A stretch of DNA of 63,157 nt, the filler included, from Chiloscyllium plagiosum (lineage: Eukaryota): the NCBI RefSeq assembly GCF_004010195.1. It is 5 parts of one record of this genome, joined end to end, with 100 filler letters (N's around TTAATTAATTAA, not from the genome) between each part and the next. Parts side by side here need not be neighbours in the genome. Positions count along the whole stretch, not along the records: positions 32,509 to 45,431 come from NC_057712.1; positions 45,532 to 54,448 come from NC_057712.1; 3 more parts are not named here. One strand, written 5' to 3'. Both the position numbers and the translations under genes were made by a program. Of the stretch, positions 40,605 to 53,280 are shown in pieces. Below the pieces are notes generated by a model that was not told the DNA's origin, searched no databases, and worked only from the letters and a program-made list of their open reading frames with translations. The first letter of the stretch is position 1; every line of letters starts with the position of its first letter.

Positions 40605-43552
40605 CTGACCCCGGGTCAGACAGACCCACCGACCCCGGGTCAGTCAGACCCACCGACCCTGGGTCAGACAGACCCACTGACCCCGGGTCAGACAGACCCA
40701 CCGACCCCGGGTCAGACAGACCCACCGACCCCGGGTCAGTCAGACACATCGGCCCCGGGTCAGTCAGACACACCGACCCTGGGTCAGTCAGACCCACCGT
40801 CACCGGGTCAGTCAGACCCACCGACCCCGGGTCAGTCAGACACACCGTCCCCGGGTCAGTCAGACACACCGACCCCGGGTCAGTCAGACCCACCGACCCT
40901 GGGTCAGTCAGACCCACCGTCACCGGGTCAGTCAGACCCACCGACCCCAGGTCAGACAGACACACCGACCCTGGGTCAGTCAGACCCACCGTCCCCGGGT
41001 CAGTCAGACCCACCGACCCCGGTCAGTCAGCCACACCGACCCGGGTCAGACAGACCCACTGACCCCGGGTCAGACAGACCCACCGTCACCGGGTCAGTCA
41101 GACCCACCGACCCCGGGTCAGTCAGACCCACCGACCCCGGGTCAGACAGACACACCGACCCCGGGTCAGTCAGACCCACCATCCCCGGGTCAGACAGACC
41201 CACCGACCCCGGGTCAGTCAGACCCACCGACCCCGGGTCAGTCAAACCCACCAACCCCGGGTCAGACAGACACACCGACCCCGGGTCAGTCAGACCCAAC
41301 GACCCCGGGTCAGTCAGACCACCGACCTCGGGTCAGTCAGACACACCGTCCCCGGGTCAGTCAGACCCACCGACCCCGGGTCAGACAGACACACCGTCCC
41401 CGGGTCAGTCAGACCCACATATCCCGGGTCAGACAGACCCACCGACCCCGGGTCAGTCAGCCCCACCGACCCCGGGTCAGACAGACCCACCAACCCCGGG
41501 TCAGTCAGACCCACCGACCCCGGGTCAGACAGACCCACCGTCCCCGGGTCAGTCAGACCCACATATCCCGGGTCAGACAGCCCCACCAACCCCGGGTCAG
41601 ACAGACCCACCGATCCCGGGTCAGTCAGACACACCGACTCCGGGTCAGTCAGACACACCGACCCCGGGTCAGACAGACCCACTGACCCCGGGTCAGACAG
41701 ACACACCGACCCCGGGTCAGACAGCCCCACCGACCCCGGATCAGTCAGACCCACCGTCCCCGGGTCAGTCAGACCCACATATCCCGGGTCAGACAGCCCC
41801 ACCAACCCCGGGTCAGACAGACCCACCGACCCCGGGTCAGTCAGACACACCGACTCCGGGTCAATCAGACACACCGACCCCGGGTCAGACAGACCCACCG
41901 ACCCTGGGTCAGACAGACCCACCGACCCCGGGTCAGTCAGACCCACCGTCCCAGGGTCAGACAGCCCCACTGACCTCGGGTCAGTCAGACCCACCGTCAC
42001 CGGGTCAGTCAGACCCACCATCCCCGGGTCAGTCAGACCCACCGACCCCGGTCAGTCAGCCCCACCGACCCCGGGTCAGTCAGACCCACCGACCCCGGGT
42101 CAGTCAGACCCACATATCCCGGGTCAGACAGACCCACCGACCTCGGGTCAGTCAGACCCACCATCCCCGGGTCAGTCAGACCCACCGACCCCGGTCAGTC
42201 AGCCACACCGACCCCGGGTCAGACAGACCCACCGACCCCGGGTCAGTCAGACCCACCGACCCCGGGTCAGTCAGCCCCACCGACCCCGGGTCAGACAGAC
42301 CCACCGACCCCGGATCAGTCAGACCCACTGACCCCGGGTCAGACAGACCCACCGTCCCCGGGTCAGTCAGACCCACATATCCCGGGTCAGACAGCCCCAC
42401 CGACCCCGGGTCAGTCAGACACATCGACTCCGGGTCAGTCAGATACACCGACCCCGGGTCAGACAGACCCACCGACCCCGGGTCAGTCAGACACACCGAC
42501 CCCGGGTCAGTCAGACCCACCGACCCCGGGTCAGACAGACCCACCGTCTCCGGGTCAGACAGACCCACCGACCCCTGGTCAGTCAGACCCACTGACCCCG
42601 GGTCAGTCAGACCCCCCGACCCCGGGTCAGACAGACACACCGACCCCGGGTCAGTCAGACTCACCGACCCCGGGTCAGTCAGACACATCGACCCCGGGTC
42701 AGTCAGACCCACCGTCCCCGGGTCAGTCAGACCCACCGACCCCGGGTCAGACAGCCCCACCGACCTCGGGTCAGTCAGCCCCACCGACTTCGGGTCAGTC
42801 AGACCCACCGACCCCGGGTCAGTCAGACCCACCGACCTCGAGTCAGTCAGACCCACCGTCCCCGGGTCAGACAGACCCACCGTCCCCGGGTCAGTTAGCC
42901 ACACCGACCCCGGGTCAGTCAGACACATCGACCCCGGGTCAGACAGACCCACCGACCTAGGTCAGTCAGACACACCGACCCCGGGTCAGACAGACACACC
43001 GACCCCGGGTCAGACAGACCCACTGACCCCGGGTCAGTCAGACCCACCGTCCCCGGGTCAGTCAGACCCACCGACCTAGGTCAGTCAGACACACCGACCC
43101 CGGGTCAGACAGACACACCGTCCCCGGGTCAGACAGACACACCGACCCCGGGTCAGTCAGACCCACCGTCCCCGGGTCAGACAGACCCACCGTCCCCGGG
43201 TCAGTCAGACCCACCGACCCCGGGTCAGTCAGACCCACCGACCCCGGGTCAGTCAGACACACCGACCCCGGGTTAGACAGACCCACCGTCTCCGGGTCAG
43301 TCAGACACACCGACCCCGGGTCAGACAGACACACCGTCCCCGGGTCAGACAGACACACCGACCCCGGGTCAGTCAGACCCACCGTCCCCGGGTCAGTCAG
43401 ACACACCGACCCCGGGTCAGTCAGACCCACCGACCCCGGGTCAGACAGACACACCGACCCCGGGTCAGTTAGACCCACCGACCCCGGGTCAGTCAGACCC
43501 ACCGACCCCGGGTCAGACAGACACACCGACCCCGGGTCAGACAGACACACTG
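40605..43552. repeat. 24-bp GC-rich minisatellite (CCGACCCCGGGTCAGTCAGACCCA)n in the last KLC4 intron
   Basis: About 120 units; source of the 892-aa PTPGQSDP ORF. Confidence 0.95.
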
Positions 43553-43804
43553 ATTTGCGCAGGACTGAGCCTGAGTTACACTCTCTCAGTTTAACACACT
43601 GTCATAAACAATGTCTCTCTCTAAGACACTCATGAACACACTCACCTACAATCACAAGCACTTTCTTTCACACAGACACACCCTCGTGAACATTGTCACA
43701 CTCGCTTACGTTCACACATCTGTGCACACTCTCACCCTCTGACTTACTCAGTTACTCTCTCTGTGAAGATTTCTGAGCTCTTTGTTTATCTGGTTCTGTT
43801 CCAG

Positions 43805-43894
43805 GGATCCCGCAATAACTTGGCCGAGTCGAGGGGTCTGAGTGCCAGTAATGTGGATCTCTGTAATCACTCGTCACTCCTTGAGCAGAACTAG
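43805..43894 (+). CDS. KLC4: KLC4-like last coding exon
   Basis: TCTGTTCCAG|GGATCC...; encodes GSRNNLAESRGLSASNVDLCNHSSLLEQN* (human KLC4 SRGLSASTMDL); phase 0 as required. Confidence 0.85.
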   Translation, partial: GSRNNLAESRGLSASNVDLCNHSSLLEQN

Positions 43895-44361
43895 CTGTTT
43901 CCGGGAGCAAGGGGCAGCTGATCCTTCAGATGAAGACACCTGGAGTCAGGGACCTGCGGAATTGCTGCAGCCTGATTTGACCTCAGCTGCTGCTCCTGAG
44001 ACATGCGGAACCTGATGCTGTACAGTTCACGGGAATCATCCAGAGCAGCGTCTGTCAGAGTGTGAAGGAAACTGGGCTCTCCTATTCACCACCTCGACCC
44101 TCTCCTCTCAATGACAATCGAAACAGGAGATGGTAATCAAGGCTGAGCAGTGACAGGCAAACCGTTTGTCTGTACACATCAACTCCTCCCCCACCCTACA
44201 GGAGCTCCACCTCTCTCCCTGTACAGCCAACTGCCCGTAACCCACTCCCTTCATATACTTTCAGGAACCTGTACCATCCCTAACCCATACTTTGAGCAGT
44301 CTGTACATCTTCCACCTCCCTGTCCTCAACGATCTGTACCATCTTCACTCTATATCTCTCA

Positions 44362-45146
44362 GCAGATTGTACCCGTTTCAGTTCTCTCTGTCTGTACACC
44401 CAGCAGACTGTACCCCGTGCAGCTCTCTCTGCCTGTACACCCAGCAGACTGTATCCCTTCGCAGCTCTGTCTGTACACCCGGCAGACTGTATCCCTTGCA
44501 GCTCGCCCTGCCTGTACACCCAGCAGGCTGTACCCCTTGCAGCTCGCCCTGCCTGTACACCCAGCAGACTGTACCCCTTGCAGCATGCTCTACCTGTACA
44601 CCCAGCAGACTGTACCCTTCGCAGCTCTCTCTGTCTGTACACCCAGCAGACTGTATCCCTTGCAGCTCGCCCTGTCTGTACACAAGGCAGACTGTATCCC
44701 TTGCAGCTCGCCCTGTCTGTACACACGGCAGACTGTATCCCTTGCAGCATGCTCTGCCTGTGCACCCAGCAGGCTGTACCCCTTGCAGCTCTCTCTGCCT
44801 GTACACGCAGCAGACTGTACCCCTTGCAGCTACCTCTGCCTGTCCACCCAGCAGACTCTACCCCTTGCAGCCCGCCCTGCTTGTACACTCAGCAGGCTGT
44901 ACCCCTTGCAGCGCGCTCTGCCTGTACACCCAGCAGACTGTACGCCATGCAGCTCGCCCTGCCTGTACACCGGGCAGACTGTACCCCATGCAGCTCGCTC
45001 TGCCTGTACACTCAGCAGGCTCTACCCCTTGCAGCTACCTCTGCCTGTACACCAGACAGACTGTACCCCATGCAGCTCGCCCTGCCTGTACACCCGGCAG
45101 ACTGTACCCCATGCAGCTCGCTGTGCCTGTACACCAGGCAGACTGT
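44362..45146. repeat. 41-bp minisatellite, diverged (CTGTACACCCAGCAGACTGTACCCCTTGCAGCTCGCCCTGC)n
   Basis: About 19 imperfect units downstream of the KLC4 stop codon; same family as 53835-54448. Confidence 0.92.
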
Positions 45147-45844
45147 GCTGATTTTGAATGTTGCCCCAGCAAAGTATTGATGTTGGTTTCGAATTCCCCT
45201 GATGCAGTGTGGTGTCAGTTTTGAATTCCCCTGGCGGAGTGTGGTGTCATTTTTGAATTCCCCTTTTGCAGTGCGGTGTCCGGTTTGAGAATGTAAGCTC
45301 CCTACTTTACCTGGAATTCTTCATGGAATGATGGAGGGTGCCATTCTGTCCATTCAGTCTGTACTAGCTCTGTCCTGGTATTTGAAAAATGTGTTGCTGG
45401 AAAAGCGCAGCAGGTCAGGCAGCATCCAAGGNNNNNNNNNNNNNNNNNNNNNNNNNNNNNNNNNNNNNNNNNNNNTTAATTAATTAANNNNNNNNNNNNN
45501 NNNNNNNNNNNNNNNNNNNNNNNNNNNNNNNCTCCCCTGTCAAGTTTCCTCAGAATCTTGTATATTTCAATAAGGTCGCCTCTCATTCTTCTAAACTCCA
45601 ATGAGTACAGGCCCAACCGACTCAATCTGTCCTCATCAGGCAGCATCTCTTACCTGGGATCAGCCGAGTGAACCTTCTCTGGACTGCCTCCAATGCCAGT
45701 GATATCTTTCCTTGGAATAAGGGGCTAAAGCTGTTCACAGTATCCCAGTTGTGGGCTATATCCCATGAATTCCAACCAAATTAATCTCCAAATTCTAAGA
45801 CCGAGGTCTCTGTTCCATCTTTTGCAACTTCCCGACACTCAAGA

Positions 45845-46765
45845 CCATCAGTGAGAATGGGCAACAGCGCCTCCTCCAGGACAGTCCTCAACACCCATGT
45901 CCCGGAAGGCTGCATGCTCAGACCCCAATTGTACTCCCTGTACACATGACTGTGTGACAAAATTTTGTCCTAACTCCATCTACATCTCTCACAACACCAA
46001 CATTGTAGGCCAGATCTCAAACAATCTCAAGAATACAGGGAAGAGAGTGCTGGGTGGCAGGGTGTAGAGACAACAATTTCTCCCTCAATATCAGTAAAAT
46101 GAAAGGGCTGGTGATTGACTTCAGGAAGCAAGTTAGAGGGAACGCCCCTGTCCACATCAATGAGACTGAGGTGGAGAGGTTCGAGACCACCAAGTTCCAG
46201 GGAGTGACGATCACCAACAATCTGTCCTGGACTCCCACATTGATGTGATGGTCAAGAAAACACACCAACACTTCCACCTCCTCAGCCAGCTAAGGAAATT
46301 CGCAATGTCCATAAAGACTCACTAATTTTCACAGGTGCATCACAGCTTGGTACAGTAACTGGTCTGCTCTAATCTACAGAGAGTTGTGAACACAGCCCAG
46401 TCCATCATGCAAGCCACCCTTCCATCCATTGACTCCATCTATATTTCTCACTGCCTCAGAGAGGCATTCAACATCATCAAAGACCCCTCTCACCCCAGTT
46501 ATAATCTCTTCCTTTGGGCAGAAGAAACAAAGGCTTAAACACATGTACCAACCGATTCAAGAACAGCTTCTTCCCCGCTGTTATTAGACTTCTGAATGGA
46601 CATCTCAAGTTTAAATTTAATGCTGATCTCACTCTTTGTGAACCTTCTCTGCAGCTGTAATGTTGTATTCCTCGCTCTATAACCCTAAGCACTTTGATCT
46701 AATCTGCCTATGCTGCTTGCAAAACTAAACTTTTCACTATACCTCGGTAAACGTGACGAGAATAA
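45845..46765 (+). mobile_element. Rex1/Babar-clade LINE 3' fragment
   Basis: CRDNNFSLNISKMKGLVIDFRK...APVHINETEVERFETTKFQGVTITNNLSW, a decayed PEGCML..LYSLYT motif, and an RFKNSFFP-type end followed by AATAAA. Confidence 0.75.
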
Positions 46766-47103
46766 ATTTTAAAAACTATTTTCTTAAATGATTGCCGTTG
46801 TTCCTCTAACATCTTTGCTGCTTCCCCAGTCCACTCAAACCAGCACTGCCCACATTTCTTTGTAATTACCTTTATTTAAGCTGAGCACACTCATTTCTAA
46901 CAATGCTAAATTCTGTCATGTTCTGGTTAATGTTTCTGAGGGGATCTTTTACTGTGACATCCCTTATTAAACCTGCCTCATTAAGCATTACCAGATCCAA
47001 AATAGCCTCATCCACAACATATTATTCTATGAAACTGTGCCAAATACACACAATGAATTCTTTCTCAGGGATTCCTCTGCCAATATTCCAACACAATCTA
47101 CAA

Positions 47104-47582
47104 TGGTATGCTTGCCTCTCTTGGTCAGTGCATTGAGTATAAGAGTTGGGGGGCCATGTTGCAGCTGTACAACACATTGGTTGGGCCACTTTTGGAATAT
47201 TGCATGCAATTCTAGTCTCCCTCTAGTCACAACATCTTTCTAGAAAGGGTTCAAGAAAAGGTTTGCAAGGATGTTGCTGGGATTGAAGATTTGAGCTGTA
47301 GGGAGTGGCTTAAAATGCTGGGGCTATTTGCCCTGGAGTGTCGGAGGCTGAGGGGTGACCTTACAGAAATTTATAAAATTATGAGGGACATGGATAGGGT
47401 GAATAGCCAAGGTCTTTTTCCCAGAGTAGTGGGGTCCAAAACTAGACAGCATGGGTTTAAGGTGAGAGAGCAAAGATTTAAACGGGACCTGAGGAGCAAC
47501 ATTTTCATGCAGAGGGTCGTGTGTGTGTGTGGAATGAGCTGCCAGAGGAAGTGGTAGAGGCTGGTACAATTACAACATTTAA
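47104..47582 (+). mobile_element. CR1-type LINE 3' fragment
   Basis: LFALECRRLRGDLTEIYKIM. Confidence 0.85.
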
Positions 47583-47626
47583 TATACAACATATACCTCT
47601 ATGACCATTACTATCAGTTTAGAATA

Positions 47627-47842
47627 CAGTTGAACCCCTGTTCCCACGGATTTGGTTTCCGCGATTTACTGAGGCCCAAAAATAATGCATAAAACATTCC
47701 AGAAATAATTCCAGGGGACTGCTGGGGAGATAAGTATCCCATTTAAATGTTAGGGTACACTACTATCTGCGGTCTTGAGCATTCGTGGTAGGCCTTGGAA
47801 TGTATCTCCCTCAGATACAGGGGCGGAGGAGGGGGGCACCTG
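47627..47842. mobile_element. Tigger/pogo-type MITE resembling MER44
   Basis: TA|CAGTTGAACCCC...GGGGCACCTG|TA termini with TA TSD; internal ATTCCAGAAATAA and TACTATCTGCGG...CTTGGAATGTATC resemble recalled MER44. Confidence 0.6.
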
Positions 47843-48576
47843 TATTTGGTCAACATGGATGAATTGAGCCAAAGGGCCTGTTTCCATGCTGTATACATAC
47901 CTCTGTGCTCTACATGTACTTTAAAGACACCCATAATTTATGTACTGCCCTCATAACCTGCTGATTTATTCTCTGTCCCACTGTATAGCTACTGTTAGGG
48001 GGCCTAAAGACGACTCCTATCAGTCTCTTCTTTCCCTTTTTATTTCCCACTTTCTGCCTCTCCTTTTGAATATTCAGTTCCCAGCTTTTACCTCCTTGTA
48101 ATCCTGTCTCTGTAATGGTTAGATCATACCCATTACCCTTTACTTATACAGTTAATTCATCTACTTTGCTCTGAATACTACATGCATTCAAGTAAAAAAG
48201 CCATTAATTTTGCCATTTTATCATTTTTCCCCCTTCTGACCCTACTTATTGCGGTTTTCCTATTTTTGTATCCTCTGTCACCCCTTATCAGATTCTGGGT
48301 ATTGTTATCCAAATAACTGCTCTGTAAATCTCCATATTCTCATGCTTTGTAAGCCAACATTTCCTCTCTCCCCTCAGTTAGCTTAAAGCCCTCTCTACAG
48401 ACCTAGTTATTTGATTTGCCAGCACACTGGTCCTGGCATGATTCAAGTAAAGCCCATCCCAGCAGAACAACTCCCTTCTTTCCCAACTAGTGCCAGTGCC
48501 TCACAAACTGAAAGCTATTTCACCTACACTGATCTTTGAGCCTCACATTTAAATCCTTGACTTTATTTACCCTTTG

Positions 48577-48794
48577 AGGAGAAAGTGAGGACTGCAGATG
48601 CTGGAGATCAGAGCTGAAAATGTGTTGCTGGAAAAGCGCAGCATATCTGGCAGCATCCAGGGAACAGGAGAATCGACATTTCGGGCATAAGCCCTTCCTC
48701 ATTCCTGAAGAAGGGCTTATGCCCGAAACGTCGATTCTCCTGTTCCCTGGATGCTGCCTGACCTGCTGCGCTTTTCCAGCAACACATTTTCAGC
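48577..48794. mobile_element. Fold-back Penelope-like derivative with 16-bp TSD
   Basis: Near-perfect inverted arms; TSD CTTTATTTACCCTTTG at 48561-48576 and 48794-48809. Confidence 0.85.
48703..48734 (+). ncRNA. Minimal type I hammerhead ribozyme motif (Penelope-like element type)
   Basis: TC-CTGAAGA-A-GGGC-TTAT-GCCC-GAAA-CG-TC-GA: core boxes, 4-bp stem II, minimal stem III, GUC cleavage triplet ending at 48732. Confidence 0.7.
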
Positions 48795-48927
48795 TTTATT
48801 TACCCTTTGCCAGTTTGTCCCCGACCCGGATAGTAATCATTATTACCTTGGAGGGTCTGTTTATTGTTTTAGCTCCTGATTGTTCAAAGACTTTCAGCAA
48901 AACCTCCTTTTAGTCCAACCAATGTTG

Positions 48928-49222
48928 TTAGATTAGATTCCCTACAGTGTGGGAACAGGCCATTTGGCCCAACAAGTCCACACTGACCCTCCAAAGAGTA
49001 ACCCACCCAGACCCATCTCCCTCTGACTAATTCACCTAACACTATGGGCAATTTAGCATGGCCAATTAACCTAACCCACACATCTTTGGACTGTGGGAGG
49101 AAACTGGAGTACCCGGAGGAAACCCACACAGACACAGGGAGAATGTGCAAACTCCACACAGAGAGTCGCCCAAGGCTGGAATTAAACCTGGGTCCCTGGC
49201 GCTGTGAGGCAGCAGTGCCACT
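48928..49222 (-). mobile_element. HE1-type SINE
   Basis: HE1 head, core and AATCT-repeat tail on the minus strand. Confidence 0.9.
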
Positions 49223-49539
49223 TAATACATTAGTTAGATACATTATGGATGTCTGCTGGATCCCTCCCCTCCTTCTCTCAGTTTTTCTTCAGTCCCAAGT
49301 AGATTTCCTTTTCTTAACCATTTAAGATGTGTCTGGATAAATGCATGAGTAGGTGGGGAGTAGAGGGATACAGATGCTTAGGAATTGACCAATAGATTTA
49401 GACAGTACATTTGGATCGGCTCAGGCTTGGAGGGCCGAAGGGCCTGTTCCTGGGCTGTAAATTTTCTTTGTTCTTTGTAACTTCTGGGCCCCTGCTTATA
49501 GCTGCAGAGAGCAATATCCATCCCTCTAGTTATTACTGG

Positions 49540-49898
49540 CACCAAGAGCAGTGAGTATCATCTACATGATGTACTGCAGGAAGATCCTGAGACAGCACCT
49601 TCCAAACCCACGATCACTTCCATCTAGAAGGACAAGAGCAGCAGATTCATGGGAACACCATCCCCTTCAAGTTCCACTCCAAGCCACTCACCATCCTGAC
49701 TTGGAAAGATATCACCGTTCCTTCAGTGTCGCTCGGTCAAAAGCATGGAGTTCCCTCCCTAAGGGCATTGTGGGTCCACCTACAGCAGGTGAACTGCAGT
49801 GGTTCAAGAGGGCAGCTCACCCCCACCTTCTCTGGGCAACTTGGGACAGACAATAAATGCTGGGATAACCAATGATGCCCATGTCTCATGAATGAATT
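49540..49898 (+). mobile_element. 3' end of the second LINE family
   Basis: ILRQHLPNPRSLPSRRTRAAD and tail CAATAAATGCTGG...ATGAATGAA. Confidence 0.75.
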
Positions 49899-49924
49899 AG
49901 GGGAGTCAATGGCTGAGTGGTATT

Positions 49925-51785
49925 AGAACCATAAGAACCATAAGACATAGGAGCCGAAGTAAGGCCATTCGGCCCATCGAGACCACTCCGCCATTCAATC
50001 ATGGCTGATGGGCATTTCAACTCCACTTACCCGCATTCTCCCCGTAGCCCTTAATTCCTTGTGACATCAAGAATTTATCAATTTCTGCCTTGAAGACATT
50101 TAGCGTCCCGGCCTCCTCTGAGCTCTGTGGCAATGAATTCCACAGGCCCACCACTCTCTGGCTGAAGAAATGTCTCTGCATTTCTGTTCTGAATTTACCC
50201 CCTCTAATTCTAAGGCTGTGTCCACGGGTCCTAGTCTCCTCGCCTAACGGAAACAATTTCCTAGCGTCCACCCTCTCCAAGCCATGTATTATCTTGTAAG
50301 TTTCTATTAGATCTCCCCTTAATCTTCTAAACTCCAATGAATACAATCCCAGGATCCTCAGCCATTCCTCATATGTCAGACCTACCATTCCAGGGATCAT
50401 CCGTGTGAATCTCCGCTGGACACGCTCCAGTGCCAATATGTCCTTCCTGAGGTGTGGGGACCAAAACTGAACACAGTACTCCAAATGGGGCCTAACCAGA
50501 GCTTTATAAAGTCTCAGTAGCACAACAGTGCTCTTATATTCCAACCCTCTTGAGATAATTGACAACATCGCATTCGCTTTCTTAATCACGGACTCAACCT
50601 GCAAGTCAACCTTTAGAGAATCTTCGACTAGCACTCCCAGATCCCTCTGTACTTTAGCTTTAAGAATTTTCTCACCGTTTAGAAAGTAACCCATGCTTGT
50701 ATTCTTTTTCCCAAAGTGCAAGACCTCACATTTGCTCACATTGAATTCCATCAACCATTTCCTGGACCACTNNNNNNNNNNNNNNNNNNNNNNNNNNNNN
50801 NNNNNNNNNNNNNNNNNNNNNNNNNNNNNNNNNNNNNNNNNNNNNNNNNNNNNNNNNNNNNNNNNNNNNNNNNNNNNNNNNNNNNNNNNNNNNNNNNNNN
50901 NNNNNNNNNNNNNNNNNNNNNNNNNNNNNNNNNNNNNNNNNNNNNNNNNNNNNNNNNNNNNNNNNNNNNNNNNNNNNNNNNNNNNNNNNNNNNNNNNNNN
51001 NNNNNNNNNNNNNNNNNNNNNNNNNNNNNNNNNNNNNNNNNNNNNNNNNNNNNNNNNNNNNNNNNNNNNNNNNNNNNNNNNNNNNNNNNNNNNNNNNNNN
51101 NNNNNNNNNNNNNNNNNNNNNNNNNNNNNNNNNNNNNNNNNNNNNNNNNNNNNNNNNNNNNNNNNNNNNNNNNNNNNNNNNNNNNNNNNNNNNNNNNNNN
51201 NNNNNNNNNNNNNNNNNNNNNNNNNNNNNNNNNNNNNNNNNNNNNNNNNNNNNNNNNNNNNNNNNNNNNNNNNNNNNNNNNNNNNNNNNNNNNNNNNNNN
51301 NNNNNNNNNNNNNNNNNNNNNNNNNNNNNNNNNNNNNNNNNNNNNNNNNNNNNNNNNNNNNNNNNNNNNNNNNNNNNNNNNNNNNNNNNNNNNNNNNNNN
51401 NNNNNNNNNNNNNNNNNNNNNNNNNNNNNNNNNNNNNNNNNNNNNNNNNNNNNNNNNNNNNNNNNNNNNNNNNNNNNNNNNNNNNNNNNNNNNNNNNNNN
51501 NNNNNNNNNNNNNNNNNNNNGTCTAATCCCTCCCCGGACAATCTTTCTCTTCTTGGGGATGAACCTCTGTACAGTCTCCTCAATTATACCCACAAACTCC
51601 TGCCATTTTTGCTCTACTGTCTTCCCTGCTAGGCTTTTCGTCAGTTCCTCTCTCATGCCCTCATAATTACCTTTATTTAACTGTAACACCATTACATCCG
51701 ATTTTGCCTTCTCTCTTTCAAAATGCAGACTGAACTCTACCATATTATGATCGCTGCTTCCTAAGTGTTCCCTTACTTTAAGATT
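49925..51785 (-). mobile_element. Relatively young CR1-type LINE (intact 245-aa ORF2 C-terminus at 50017-50754; gap 50772-51520)
   Basis: MEFNVSKCEVLHFG...RPHLEYCVQFWSP...RRLRGDLIETYK uninterrupted; TTCTTATGG-repeat tail. Confidence 0.92.
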
Positions 51786-51789
51786 TTTT

Positions 51790-52125
51790 TTTTCGCTGGA
51801 CTGTTAATCCAGAGACTCAGATGATGTTCTGGGGACCCAGGTTTGAATCCCATCTTGGCAGACAGTGGAATGTGAATTCAATAAAAATCTGGAATTAAGA
51901 GTCTAATGATGACCATGAAACCATTGTTGATAGTTGGAAAAACCCATCTGGATCACTAAGGTCCTTCAAGGAAGGAAGCTGCCATCCTTAACTGGTCTGG
52001 CCTACGTGTAACTCCAGACCCAGAGCAATGTGATTGACTCTTAACTGCCCTCTGGGCAATTAGGGGATGGGCAATAAATGCTCCCTAGCCAGCAATGCCC
52101 TCACCCCATGAATGAATTTTTAAAA
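51790..52125 (+). mobile_element. SacSINE1/DeuSINE-like SINE
   Basis: B-box-like GGTTTGAATCCC, central GAAGGAAGCTGCCATCCTTAACTGGTCTGGCCTACGTG, and tail GGGATGGGCAATAAATGC...ATGAATGAA shared with the second LINE family. Confidence 0.7.
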
Positions 52126-52247
52126 AGTGGGATTGACTTCTTCAGAGTTGTTTTGAAGATATCCCTGAAAAATTCCCATTCTCTCTGTCTGGACTGTAAG
52201 CATGCTTTGTAAGAGTTGCCATGGAAAATCAAGTTGTTTTTGTAGGA

Positions 52248-53054
52248 GATGCACAGCAGGTCAGGCAGCATCTGAGGAGGAGGAGAATCAATGTTTCGGG
52301 CAAAAGCCCTTCATCAGGAATGAAGCTTGTGTGCTGGGGGGTTGAGAGATAAATGGGAGGGGTGTGGGGAGAAAGGTAGCTGTGCATGTGATAGGTAGGT
52401 GAAGGTGGGGGATAGGTGAAGGTGGGGGAGAAGTGTTAATAGGTCGGAGAGGAGGGTGGAGCAGATAGATGGAAAAGATGATGGACAGGTCAAGAGGGCA
52501 GTGCTGAGTTGGAAGCTTAGGACTGGGATAAGGTGGATGGTGGGGAAATGAGGAAACTGGTGAAATCCACATTAATCCCTTGTGATTGCAGGGTCCCAAG
52601 GTGGAAGATGAGGTGTTCTTCCTCCAGGCGTTGGGTGGTAAGAGATTGGTGATGGAGGTGAGGAGGAGGTTCTGACCTTGTTGCGTTGGGAGGGGTGGGG
52701 TTCAAGGGCGGAGATGCTGGAAGCGGAGGGCACATCGTCGACCACATTGGAGGGGAAATTGCAGTCTTTGAAGAAAGAGGCCATCTGGGATTTTCTACGG
52801 TGGAATTCATCATCCTGGGAGCAGATGAGGTGGAGGAATTGGGAATACGGGATAGAGTTTTTACAGGAAGCAGGGTGGGAGGAGATGTAGCTCAGGTAGC
52901 ATTCCCAGCTACCTTCCCCTCAGCCCCCAGGCCCACAAGCTTCATTCCTGAAGAATAGCTTCTGGTCGAAACGATTCTGCTGCTCCTTAGATGGTGCCTG
53001 ACCAGCTGTACTTTTCCAGCACCACTCTGATCTCCAGCATCCTCACTTTCTCCC
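52248..53054 (-). mobile_element. Internally deleted Penelope-like retroelement (Neptune-like) with inverted termini
   Basis: Minus-strand remnants IPYSQFL..ICSQDDEFH, MASFFKDCNFPSNVVDD and GIY-YIG C-terminus LEEEHLIFHLGTLQSQGINVDF; TSD TGTTTTTG(T/C)AGGA at 52235-52247 and 53055-53067. Confidence 0.82.
52288..52319 (-). ncRNA. Minimal hammerhead ribozyme motif
   Basis: Minus strand reads TC-CTGATGA-A-GGGC-TTTT-GCCC-GAAA-CA-TT-GA. Confidence 0.6.
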
Positions 53055-53067
53055 TGTTTTTGCAGGA

Positions 53068-53280
53068 AAGACTACATCTCCCGGCATGCTGTGCGCACTG
53101 ACAGCGCTCACAGAGGATGACGCCCCGGGGCGGGTGGGCGCCTGCGCAGTCGGCTGTCCGCAGTTGCCCGTGGGTGTGGCGCATGCGCGGTGTGACGGAC
53201 GGGGAGGCGCCGGCGCAGTGGCGGCCCGGGTGTGAGTCACTGACGGTTGGGTTTTGAGCGGGGGCGCGAGGCCCGTTGTC
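53068..53280 (+). promoter_or_regulatory. GTPBP2: GTPBP2 CpG-island promoter and 5' UTR
   Basis: ZNF143/SBS-type ACTACATCTCCCGGCATGC at 53071-53089, NRF1 GCGCATGCGC at 53179-53188 and GCGCCTGCGCA at 53138-53148, GC box, AP-1 TGAGTCA at 53233-53239. Confidence 0.8.

Noticed and set aside
40401..43079. 892-aa mucin-like ORF (PTPGQSDP repeats)
   Set aside because: Translation of a 24-bp intronic minisatellite; it switches repeat frame internally, starts at TTG and overlaps the real KLC4 exon in another frame.
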